A stretch of DNA of 64,000 nt from an uncultured Bifidobacteriales bacterium. Lineage in GTDB: Bacteria; Fibrobacterota; Fibrobacteria; UBA11236; JADFYW01. Under the pieces are notes generated by a model. That model saw only the letters and a program-made list of their open reading frames with translations, searched no databases and was not told the origin of the DNA. This document shows, piece by piece, positions 37,891-46,294 of this stretch (positions within the stretch are counted from its first letter, which is position 1; each line of letters starts with the position of its first letter). The stretch spans positions 5,489 to 69,488 of the forward strand of contig CAZRWX010000001.1 in NCBI GenBank assembly GCA_964603925.1. Reading direction: 5' to 3'. The position numbers and the translations under genes are program-made.

Positions 37891-38499
37891 TTACTCCATC
37901 ACCACAAAACCCTGAAGCCCCAATTCAGTAACATCCATCAGAGCCTCCTGGGCTTGCCGTTTAGTGGTAAAGGCCCCAAAGCGGAGCTTATAAAAAGGTG
38001 CGTCAAACAGCACTTCTACACTTTTACCCAGGATCCTGGAAAAAGAATCTTTTTTATCCTGAGCTGCTTCAAAATCGGCTACCGTTAACAGCTGAATGCG
38101 AAACAGACCGCCTGCCAGCTTATCGCCTGCCTGACCAGGAGACCGGGCAAGGGCAGACAGTGGTAATAAGGTTTGGGATTTTGGCTTAATTTGTGAGAAA
38201 AACAAAGGAGACTTATTAAGGACACTGTCTAACGGTAAAGCCGGAGAAAACGATTTCTGTTCTGGCTTATTTTCTGGGTTGCTTATGGCAATATGCTCCT
38301 TAGACTTCTCAGTGGTTTTGGGAAGTGCAACAGGGGCAGGTATAGGCGCTTCCTGCCCAGTGGGTGGCCGTAAAGGAGGCTGAGTTTGCTTTTCCGGCAA
38401 AATAACCTGGCTGGTACAAGCTAACAACCATAACATAACCAACCCAGACAGCAGTAAATTTTTATTTTTATAGATAAGATGAAAATTAGTCATAGGCAT
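37891..38499 (-). CDS. SPOR-domain (peptidoglycan-binding) protein with Pro-rich linker
   Basis: N-terminal TM, a Pro-rich middle, and a C-terminal SPOR-like fold (FRIQLLTVADFEAAQD...YKLRFGAFTTKRQAQEA). Confidence 0.6.
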   Translation of the reverse strand: MPMTNFHLIYKNKNLLLSGLVMLWLLACTSQVILPEKQTQPPLRPPTGQEAPIPAPVALPKTTEKSKEHIAISNPENKPEQKSFSPALPLDSVLNKSPLFFSQIKPKSQTLLPLSALARSPGQAGDKLAGGLFRIQLLTVADFEAAQDKKDSFSRILGKSVEVLFDAPFYKLRFGAFTTKRQAQEALMDVTELGLQGFVVME

Positions 38500-38612
38500 T
38501 TATTATAAAAAATAATTACGACCACCACTTTGAAAAAATCAGGAAAGAATCCTCAGCGCTTAAAAAAGCGCTTAACAGGTCACTTTTCAAGGGTTTTTTA
38601 TTTCTAACTCTT

Positions 38613-39326
38613 GTGGGCGCATTAACCTATTATGGTAAATTTCACCATATTAATACAGAACCTATTAAAAGACACAACCTGCTGGGGTGGGTTTTTAAGA
38701 CTTATTCAAATCTATCCACCCTCATAATCTTTCCCAACGACGGCAACCCCGACAATAACTCAAACACTGGAACCAGAATATTTATTAACCCTGTTCTTGT
38801 GCCTGGCAGGCTGGATTCCAACTTTATCTCCTACCAGAAAGGTGATCTATACCTGCTTGGCACACTCAGCCCAGAGCATATTAAAAGATATTGCACAGAG
38901 GTTGATGAAAACGCCCGGCTTTATTACCAGGCGGATTCAAATTGGGATTTTTTATGTACAAAAGCTCAACGTATTCGCGGTTCAGCTAATCCGCTTACAG
39001 GTGATTGGGGGCTCCCAGCACAATACACTTATCTCAACGGCTCCTTATCTCTAGTGCTTACCCACCAATACCAAAAAATATTAATAGCCGACTCAAACTT
39101 TATCAGTAGCCCGGATTCCAGCATCCTCCTTGAGATTCGCCTGTCACCAGTCAGCTATGCTCCTGCTCTTTCCAGGATATTTATCAGCCCCCGTTTATCT
39201 GCCCGGGAGGGAGTATCCGATTCCTCACTAATTTTGCGGGATGCCGGGCACGCACTAGCATTCCGCCTGGAGGATGACGGGCGGTTTTATATAAAGCAGA
39301 TAGTACTTAAGCACCCTATGGAGTAG
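38613..39326 (+). CDS. Hypothetical protein
   Basis: ORF only. The start is uncertain: upstream in-frame residues look signal-peptide-like. Confidence 0.35.
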   Translation: MGALTYYGKFHHINTEPIKRHNLLGWVFKTYSNLSTLIIFPNDGNPDNNSNTGTRIFINPVLVPGRLDSNFISYQKGDLYLLGTLSPEHIKRYCTEVDENARLYYQADSNWDFLCTKAQRIRGSANPLTGDWGLPAQYTYLNGSLSLVLTHQYQKILIADSNFISSPDSSILLEIRLSPVSYAPALSRIFISPRLSAREGVSDSSLILRDAGHALAFRLEDDGRFYIKQIVLKHPME

Positions 39327-39354
39327 CTGGTATTAGAATCGGTAACCTAATATT

Positions 39355-39795
39355 ATGGATTATGAAAATGAAATTTGCCAGGCCATAGACTTAATGGCCG
39401 ATGACCGCCACCAGGAGTCATGCCGTCTTCTGGAATCTTGCATCAATCGTATAAAAAAGCAGCTCCAGGCCGGTAAAAGCCAATGTGAAAATTATTATTA
39501 CTGGGGTATGTGTCTCTCAATAATGGACGAACACCAACAGGCTCTACTTAAATTTGAAAGCGCTGTCAGGCTTAATCCTAACCACCAGGCCTCATTATGG
39601 CAAATAGCAGGTATACTTTTATATACGCTGGACAAGCCCAAGAGCGCCCTGCGGATACTGGAGGACGCTCTCCTGCCCCTGGTACCCGAAAATAAAGAAT
39701 ATCAGCGGGCTTTAAGTGATGCCAAAAGTATGATACGTATAATGCGTGACCCCCCGCCGCACGAGAGGCCCCCGTTAAACGGTAAAAAATCATAA
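39355..39795 (+). CDS. Hypothetical TPR-like helical protein
   Basis: ORF with TPR-like helices (YYYWGMCLSIMDEHQQALLKFESAVRLNPNH). Confidence 0.4.
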   Translation: MDYENEICQAIDLMADDRHQESCRLLESCINRIKKQLQAGKSQCENYYYWGMCLSIMDEHQQALLKFESAVRLNPNHQASLWQIAGILLYTLDKPKSALRILEDALLPLVPENKEYQRALSDAKSMIRIMRDPPPHERPPLNGKKS

Positions 39796-39828
39796 CCAGT
39801 AACTAACTGGTTCAGGTTTTATTTATTC

Positions 39829-39860
39829 ATAAAAAGCAAAAGGGGCCGCAAGGCCCCTTA
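39829..39860 (-). terminator. Rho-independent terminator downstream of rpsD
   Basis: GC stem aggggcc-gcaa-ggcccct (39841-39858). On the minus strand it is followed by a T-rich run (plus aaaaagcaaaa at 39830-39840). Confidence 0.6.
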
Positions 39861-39881
39861 AAAAACTTAATAAGGCGATGC

Positions 39882-40484
39882 CTACCTGGAGTAGAACTCT
39901 ACCACCAACTGCTCATTAATAGTACAGGGTATTTGCTCCCGTAAAGGCATGGAAAGAAGTTTACCCTCCATTTTAACTTTATTGATCTCATAATACTCGG
40001 GAACTTGAACATTTTGAGAATGAGTAAGGGCATCCATGATTTGAACATGCGTTTTTGACTTGTCCCTGACAGTAATGACACTACCAGGAGCCAGCCGCTG
40101 ACTGGGTGTGAGGGTACGGCGGCCATTTACAGCAAAATGCCCATGAGTAACATATTGCCGTGCCGCATAAATGGTTTTGGCGAAACCCATACGGAATATA
40201 GCAGCATCCACACGAACCTCAAGGGTGCGCAGGAGTACTTCACCGGTATTTTCCTTGGAGTGGGAGGCCTCCCCATAATACTTGCGAAGCTGCTTTTCTG
40301 AAACATCATAAGTGGCCTTAAGCCTCTGCTTTTCGATGAGCTGAGTTTTAAATACTGAAGGGCTCTTTTTGCGACCCAGGCCGTGCTGACCGGGGGTAAA
40401 AGAGCGCTTTTCCATAATGTGCGCTGCTTTAGGTGTAAGTGCTACGCCTAATGCTCTGGATACTTTAACTTTTGGACCTCTCAT
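39882..40484 (-). CDS. rpsD: 30S ribosomal protein S4
   Basis: MRGPKVKVSRALGV N-terminus. S4 RNA-binding domain (LEVRVDAAIFRMGFAKTIYAARQYVTHGHFAVNGRRTLTPSQRLAPGSVI). 200 aa. Confidence 0.85.
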   Translation of the reverse strand: MRGPKVKVSRALGVALTPKAAHIMEKRSFTPGQHGLGRKKSPSVFKTQLIEKQRLKATYDVSEKQLRKYYGEASHSKENTGEVLLRTLEVRVDAAIFRMGFAKTIYAARQYVTHGHFAVNGRRTLTPSQRLAPGSVITVRDKSKTHVQIMDALTHSQNVQVPEYYEINKVKMEGKLLSMPLREQIPCTINEQLVVEFYSR

Positions 40485-40645
40485 GCCTTCCTCTGTTTGT
40501 TCCTAAAAAAAAATTATAATCAGGTGGGCAAAGCTAAAATTATACCGGCATTTTTTCAATTTTCTTTGCCTGATATTGTTGATTTAAGGTATAATCCTCA
40601 TATTATACCCTTCGCAGCTATTGGAAAACAGTAATTAGTAAACTG

Positions 40646-41434
40646 CTAAAAGGTTAAATAAGCCCCCGCACCCCTGCCCAATGTATAAAAACCTAACCTA
40701 TCTGAGCCTTTATAAAGATGTAACCGGGGAATTAAAAAACCAAACAGACTGCCCGCCACAGCGCCTGCTGCAACATCGCTTACATAGTGTTTACCCGCTG
40801 CCACCCGTAAACCACCTACCAGGGCGGCCCCAGATAAAGTAGTGTACCAGACAGCGGCCCTGTAAGGGGAATGGGGATTTCTTACGCCATAACAATAGCT
40901 GGCAAAGACAGCGGTCAAAAAGGCCGCTGAAGTATGTCCGGAATAAAATGACCCGGAAGCCTCTGCCTTATTTCGCTCGGACACCGGCACAGATTCATTA
41001 TAAACCAGAGGCCGGGGATGATATACCTGAGAGCGAACAAATAAATTAAGGCCTGAGGAAAAAGCCAGGGCTTCAGAATACATGATAAAGTCTGTTAAAA
41101 GCACATTACCACCCTGCCCCCTGCTCAATTTACTTATGCCGGTAATAAATGGCACAACAACCCCCGCAGTCAGAATATCACTATAAAAGTCTGCATTAGT
41201 TGAATAAAAACCCTGTGCCCATCGATCATAATAAGCAATATCATCTTCCTCTAAAGTGGATAGATCTGTTGGTTTCATATGATGATAAGCGTACTGACCA
41301 CCGGTCGCCACGATAATAGAAGATACCGCCAGGGGAATATCCAGAGAAGGACGGCACGTAAAAGTACCAGAACCGCCAAATGCCGGTATATTAACCAGCA
41401 CCAGCGCCCATTTCCATATTAGCCTAGTCATCAT
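40646..41434 (-). CDS. PAP2-family phosphatase (membrane)
   Basis: PAP2 motifs KxxxxxxRP-like, SFYSGHTSAAF, HYVSDVAAGAVAG. Confidence 0.8.
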   Translation of the reverse strand: MMTRLIWKWALVLVNIPAFGGSGTFTCRPSLDIPLAVSSIIVATGGQYAYHHMKPTDLSTLEEDDIAYYDRWAQGFYSTNADFYSDILTAGVVVPFITGISKLSRGQGGNVLLTDFIMYSEALAFSSGLNLFVRSQVYHPRPLVYNESVPVSERNKAEASGSFYSGHTSAAFLTAVFASYCYGVRNPHSPYRAAVWYTTLSGAALVGGLRVAAGKHYVSDVAAGAVAGSLFGFLIPRLHLYKGSDRLGFYTLGRGAGAYLTF

Positions 41435-41472
41435 TGCCTCATTTTAATTTTATATACTAAATTACCCCTGAG

Positions 41473-42372
41473 GTGTTAAGCATGGCCCAGTCCTGTTCTT
41501 TACAACGAAAACCCCCATGGCTGCGCCGCAAGGTGCCCGGTGGCGATCTTTATTCCAAAACACTAAGCCTTATCCGCTCTCATAATGTACACACAGTGTG
41601 TGAAAGCGCCTCCTGCCCCAATTTGGGGGAATGCTGGGCCCATAATACGGCCACCCTTATGATACTCGGAGATAAATGTACACGGAACTGCGGTTTCTGC
41701 GGAGTTACCAGCGGTCATCCCGAGGGTATAGACAGGGATGAACCAGCCAGAGTAGGTCAGGTAATCCAGGAACTTAAGCTTAAGCACGCAGTAATTACAT
41801 CGGTAACACGCGATGACCTTATAGACAAAGGAGCGGTAATATGGGCACAAACAATTAAAAGTATCAAACAGGCGGCCCCTCTTTGCAGCATTGAAGTGCT
41901 GATACCGGATATGTCAGGAACAGAAACTTTATTAGACATAATTCTTGATGCAGGTCCCCATATCCTGGGCCATAACCTGGAAACTGTACCCCGTCTTCAG
42001 TCAGAGATTAGGAAACAGGCTTGTTTCGAACATAGCATTGGCGTTCTCCGCTATGCTAAATCCCGGGGTTTCATCACAAAAACAGGCCTTATGGCTGGCC
42101 TTGGGGAGAGCGACAGGGAGATAAAAAGCACTATAAAAATGTGCGGGAGTTCAGGCATAGATATCCTCACAATCGGCCAGTATTTGCAGCCTTCAATCTC
42201 CAGCCTTCCAGTTAAAAGGTTTGTGAGTCCTGAGGGTTTTAAACAATATGAAAAATATGCTTTAAAACAGGGGATTAAAGTGTGTGAGTCGGCACCCCTG
42301 GTAAGGAGCTCATACCGGGCCCAGGCAGCTTTGACCCAGTTACACCGCTCCGGGGATCACAATGAAGGCTAA
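41473..42372 (+). CDS. lipA: Lipoyl synthase
   Basis: CESASCPNLGECW (auxiliary cluster) and CTRNCGFCGV (radical-SAM CxxxCxxC). Confidence 0.9.
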   Translation: MLSMAQSCSLQRKPPWLRRKVPGGDLYSKTLSLIRSHNVHTVCESASCPNLGECWAHNTATLMILGDKCTRNCGFCGVTSGHPEGIDRDEPARVGQVIQELKLKHAVITSVTRDDLIDKGAVIWAQTIKSIKQAAPLCSIEVLIPDMSGTETLLDIILDAGPHILGHNLETVPRLQSEIRKQACFEHSIGVLRYAKSRGFITKTGLMAGLGESDREIKSTIKMCGSSGIDILTIGQYLQPSISSLPVKRFVSPEGFKQYEKYALKQGIKVCESAPLVRSSYRAQAALTQLHRSGDHNEG

Positions 42373-42790
42373 GCAGTCAATAGTTCTTAATTCAACCATA
42401 AACCAGGTCTGGGATACATTATATAAAGTCGGACAATATGAAAAATGGCACCCTTTTATTAAAAAATTTCCCGGAGAACTGCAGCTGGATTCACCATATA
42501 CCATTCACATACTTGGCACTAATCAGAGAATAAAGGCTGTTAATTGCCTGGTTACCGGTTTAGTGCCCGGCAAATATTTTAGTTTCTCCTTTAAATCAAA
42601 ACTTGGTGCCTGGTGGCAGGAGACCGAGTTTATTTTTCGTTTAAGTCAAATAGACACAGCTACATTAACATTTTACACTGAGATATTTACCTATGGTCTG
42701 GGACCCAGGCTGGTAAAAGGCAAAAACCAAAGTGACCTCAACTTAAAAGCCCGCCAGATGTGTGCTAACCTTAAGCATATGTTCGGATAA
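42362..42790 (+). CDS. SRPBCC (Bet v1/START-like) domain hypothetical protein
   Basis: Size and pattern (SIVLNSTINQVWDTLYKVGQYEKWHPFIKK...) fit polyketide-cyclase/SRPBCC-like proteins. 11-bp overlap with lipA. Confidence 0.5.
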   Translation: MKAKQSIVLNSTINQVWDTLYKVGQYEKWHPFIKKFPGELQLDSPYTIHILGTNQRIKAVNCLVTGLVPGKYFSFSFKSKLGAWWQETEFIFRLSQIDTATLTFYTEIFTYGLGPRLVKGKNQSDLNLKARQMCANLKHMFG

Positions 42791-42802
42791 CTGCCTGGAG
42801 AG

Positions 42803-44065
42803 CTATACACCCTGAACGCGGCGCAACGCTGACACTCTTTCATACAAAGTAGGGTGAGAGTAATGATAAGCGCTATACCAGCGGTGAGGAGTAATATTGG
42901 TCAAATTCTTACGGGCTAAATTAAACAGGCTTGTCTCCATGGAGGCCTTTACCGTATTATGCTGCAGGGCAAAGGCATCTGCTTCGTACTCATATTGACG
43001 AGACTTGAAATTAAATAAAGGCGCCAGTAAAAATGAAAATGTAGAGAAAACGGTAAGGAATAGAAAAAGACCGGCATGTACAAGGTTTGAGGGCGAACCA
43101 TAAAGACCGAATGCCTGATAGAGAGGCGGCCAGGTAATTGCCCGGGACAAGATAAACAATACCAGCCCGGTAATAACAGTATTAACCAAAAGCATTTTAT
43201 ATATATGACCATTTTTATAATGCCCTATTTCATGATATACAATACTCTCCATTTCATCTATACTCATTTGCTCAACCAGGGTATCAAATACTACTATACG
43301 CCGCAGCTTGCCAAAACCGGTAAAATAGGCATTTGAATGAGTGCTGCGGCGGCTACCGTCCATTATATATATACCTTCAACAGGAAAATCGGCTTTACGG
43401 GCACAGTCAAGCAGTTTAGCTTTCAGAGGGCCCTCATCCAGCGCTTTGAATTTATTAAAAAGCGGCGCGATGAAGGCGGGATAGAGAACCAGCATGAGAA
43501 CTTGAAATACGGTTATAAAAGCGTAAGCCCACAACCACCATGCACTCCCGCTGTAATGCATGAACCAGAGTACCACATAAAGAAACGGAACCCCAATTAT
43601 TATAGAAAGAGCCAGCGATTTAAGGGTATCAAGCATGTAAAGTCCAAGTGTGGTTTTATTAAAGCCGAAACGAGCCTCTATTTTAAAAGTTTCATACAGG
43701 CCTATGGGATATTTTAAAATACCAAGAAGCCCAAAGAGGATAAAAAAGAAAAGCACACCCCTTGTTAAAACACCAGTTCCAGCCTTCTGCAGCAAGGTGT
43801 CCAACCAGGATAAGAGACCGGAAAAAAGAAGCGCCAGAGTAATGCTACTGGAAAACAAAAGTTGCCAGCGCTCATATTTAAGTTTAATAAGGGTATATTG
43901 ACGGCTCTTTTGGTATGAGAGTTCCTCCACACGGCCCTTAAAAAAAACCGGGATACTTTTATTCTGGTGTGCTGCTTTTTCATTTAGCATACACAACACC
44001 CAGTTCAATAAGAATTCAGCTAAAAAAAAACTTAAAAATAATATGAGGAATACGTTTGTTGTCAT
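42803..44065 (-). CDS. M48 family zinc metalloprotease (Ste24/HtpX-like), multi-TM
   Basis: HEXXH (VYHEIGHYKNGH). An N-terminal cluster of TM helices. C-terminal EYEADAFA-type third zinc ligand region. Confidence 0.8.
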   Translation of the reverse strand: MTTNVFLILFLSFFLAEFLLNWVLCMLNEKAAHQNKSIPVFFKGRVEELSYQKSRQYTLIKLKYERWQLLFSSSITLALLFSGLLSWLDTLLQKAGTGVLTRGVLFFFILFGLLGILKYPIGLYETFKIEARFGFNKTTLGLYMLDTLKSLALSIIIGVPFLYVVLWFMHYSGSAWWLWAYAFITVFQVLMLVLYPAFIAPLFNKFKALDEGPLKAKLLDCARKADFPVEGIYIMDGSRRSTHSNAYFTGFGKLRRIVVFDTLVEQMSIDEMESIVYHEIGHYKNGHIYKMLLVNTVITGLVLFILSRAITWPPLYQAFGLYGSPSNLVHAGLFLFLTVFSTFSFLLAPLFNFKSRQYEYEADAFALQHNTVKASMETSLFNLARKNLTNITPHRWYSAYHYSHPTLYERVSALRRVQGV

Positions 44066-44081
44066 TGGCCCTCAAAGCTGG

Positions 44082-45581
44082 TTAAACTCTGTCCTGGTTT
44101 GTACCCTTGGTGCCCCAGCGGCCGGACAGCCTGGATTTAACCTGAAGCAAAACCCTCAGTAATATGAAGACATCCAATAGTACACTTTGATTATGGATGT
44201 AATATATATTCAAGTCTTTATCCTTGAAGATGGAAAACTCATCATTGGGAGCCATTTGCCACAACCCAGTAAGGCCCGGTTTCACATTGTATTTTTGACG
44301 AGCAACCTCATTGGCATCTTCATAGTCGCCAGGCAGACTGATTTGAGGACCCACCATGCTCATTTCTCCAGTAAGTACATTCCATAACTGCGGATAGTAT
44401 GACAGGCCCGCAGCATCCAGGAACGCAACAATACCCCCCCTTGCCGAATAATCCAATATAGCGCCCTGGGGCCGCAGCAGGTATGAGCCCGTAAAATAAT
44501 TAAGGTAAAAGGGGTGCCCCTGCTCTCCTGCGACCTCCAGACTTTCAAATACATGCCTCTGCCCTGAAAGCTTAAGAATGAAGAAAAAAGCTATTATAAT
44601 GGGTGCCAGCAAAACCAGGAATATAAAGCTCAAACAGATGTCAAAACAACGCTTGGCCAGCTTCCTGCCCCCGGTCAACTTAGGCTCCTGAATGCCCACA
44701 AGAGGGATACCCTCAAACTCATCAAGTTTAACTTTTTGTAGTATGCTCTCATAAATGGAAGGTACAATCTGAAATTTGCAGCCTGTAGAACGACAGATAT
44801 TAAGTATAGAGATAACCTTTTCTGATGAAAGCTGTGGCAGAGCAATAAAGAGCTTCTCGGCACCGGTTTGATTGAGCACATCCTTAAGCGTGCCAAGCCC
44901 CCCCAGAACAGGTGTACCCATAATTATTTGGGAAGAGGGCGCATCGTCTACAAAGCCAGCTGCATAATATCCAAGTTTTGGAGACTGGTTGAATTTATGA
45001 AGCAACTGTTGGGCTACAGAGCCAGTCCCATAAATAATTATGGTAGTTTGGGCTATGCCGCATGATCGAAGCCAGCTGCTAAACTTAAAAAACGCGTAAC
45101 GCTCCAGGAAAAGAAAAACCAGCAGCGTTATCCACGTTATCACAAAAATACCCCTGTTAAAATACAACTCATCAGCCATGAACAGGATAACCAGAGTAAT
45201 AGCACAGGCCAGAAGCCATGTTTTTAATAAGAGCTGGAACTCGCGAATATTAAAAATACTGCGTTGGGGACGGTATAAATCATTAACCTCAAACCCTATA
45301 ATCAGAGTTAAAAAAGCCACTCCAAATAGAAGCGAGTATCGGCTGAAAGCCAGCTTTTCGTACATATCTATAGCCAAAATTGGTCCCAATATAAGCCAGA
45401 GGTTGTAGGCGGTTATAAAACTGAAAATCAATGCGGTAATATCCACAAAAACCAACAAATAAAAGAGAAAACGCCCAAAATGTTTAAACTTCTTGAGCTT
45501 GTGAGGCTTGTGATAAACCCCCTGCCCCACGGGGCCTGGAACCTCGCAATAATTTCTACTAAGATCCTTGTCAGAAGTCAT
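44082..45581 (-). CDS. Polyprenyl-phosphate hexose-1-phosphate transferase (WbaP/bacterial sugar transferase family)
   Basis: N-terminal TM helices and a C-terminal Bac_transf domain (KRCFDICLSFIFLVLLAPIIIAF...KPGLTGLWQ). Confidence 0.85.
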   Translation of the reverse strand: MTSDKDLSRNYCEVPGPVGQGVYHKPHKLKKFKHFGRFLFYLLVFVDITALIFSFITAYNLWLILGPILAIDMYEKLAFSRYSLLFGVAFLTLIIGFEVNDLYRPQRSIFNIREFQLLLKTWLLACAITLVILFMADELYFNRGIFVITWITLLVFLFLERYAFFKFSSWLRSCGIAQTTIIIYGTGSVAQQLLHKFNQSPKLGYYAAGFVDDAPSSQIIMGTPVLGGLGTLKDVLNQTGAEKLFIALPQLSSEKVISILNICRSTGCKFQIVPSIYESILQKVKLDEFEGIPLVGIQEPKLTGGRKLAKRCFDICLSFIFLVLLAPIIIAFFFILKLSGQRHVFESLEVAGEQGHPFYLNYFTGSYLLRPQGAILDYSARGGIVAFLDAAGLSYYPQLWNVLTGEMSMVGPQISLPGDYEDANEVARQKYNVKPGLTGLWQMAPNDEFSIFKDKDLNIYYIHNQSVLLDVFILLRVLLQVKSRLSGRWGTKGTNQDRV

Positions 45582-45777
45582 AAGATTAGCCCAAATTTAA
45601 CATATCTAAGACTTTTAACCGAAGAGTGTGGTTTAAAATAATTTAAGAATTTTAAGAATTTGAGTTAAAAAGCCAAAAAACCGGTTGCGTTATGCCAAAA
45701 TTGTAATAGTATTATATTCTGTATAGCATTTAGCAGGTTATTAGGGTACTATATTAGTAGGATTGTGGCTTTAAACA

Positions 45778-46287
45778 TTGAACCGGACATGCTTTATGAA
45801 AGCTGAGTTAAAATTGTATCCAGTGCTGGGTATTTTCCTGGCCTGTTTATTATCCTATGCCCCCGCCCTGCAGGCTAAGCAAAAAATTCTTTTCTACTTC
45901 AAGGAGCCACTTTCGGAAGAAAAGCTCAGTATTTTCCTCAACAGCACATACCGGAGCGCTAACAGCTCCAATACAGAGGCCCCCCTCGCCACACCTCCAA
46001 TTGCTCTTTCAAACGGTGCATTCTCCTTAAATTTTAAAGATGCGGCAAAAGGCCTTCAAGATTTACTTGAGGTCACTATTCCCAGGGAGGGCCACGTAAA
46101 AATCCAGGTTTTAGATCTCTACGGCAAATACCTGGGCACCCTTTACGACGACAGGCTTGATGAGGGCTCCCATATTATTGGGCCAAGCAGCCATTGGCAG
46201 GCTTTCAGCTCATTTCATGGTATTTGTTTTTCCACACTAAGCGTTGACGGTATTATGGTACTTAAAAAAATCATAGTCAGGATGTAA
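45778..46287 (+). CDS. Small secreted protein with T9SS-type C-terminal sorting domain (Por_Secre_tail / FlgD-Ig-like)
   Basis: Signal peptide (LGIFLACLLSYAPALQA). C-terminus GHVKIQVLDLYGKYLGTLYDDRLDEGSHII...DGIMVLKKIIVRM fits the CTD pattern (vkl.iyd..Gr.v..l.d..l..G.h.......G.y.....v..KK). Ends 8 bp before the next gene. Confidence 0.55.
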   Translation: MNRTCFMKAELKLYPVLGIFLACLLSYAPALQAKQKILFYFKEPLSEEKLSIFLNSTYRSANSSNTEAPLATPPIALSNGAFSLNFKDAAKGLQDLLEVTIPREGHVKIQVLDLYGKYLGTLYDDRLDEGSHIIGPSSHWQAFSSFHGICFSTLSVDGIMVLKKIIVRM

Positions 46288-46294
46288 TAATATT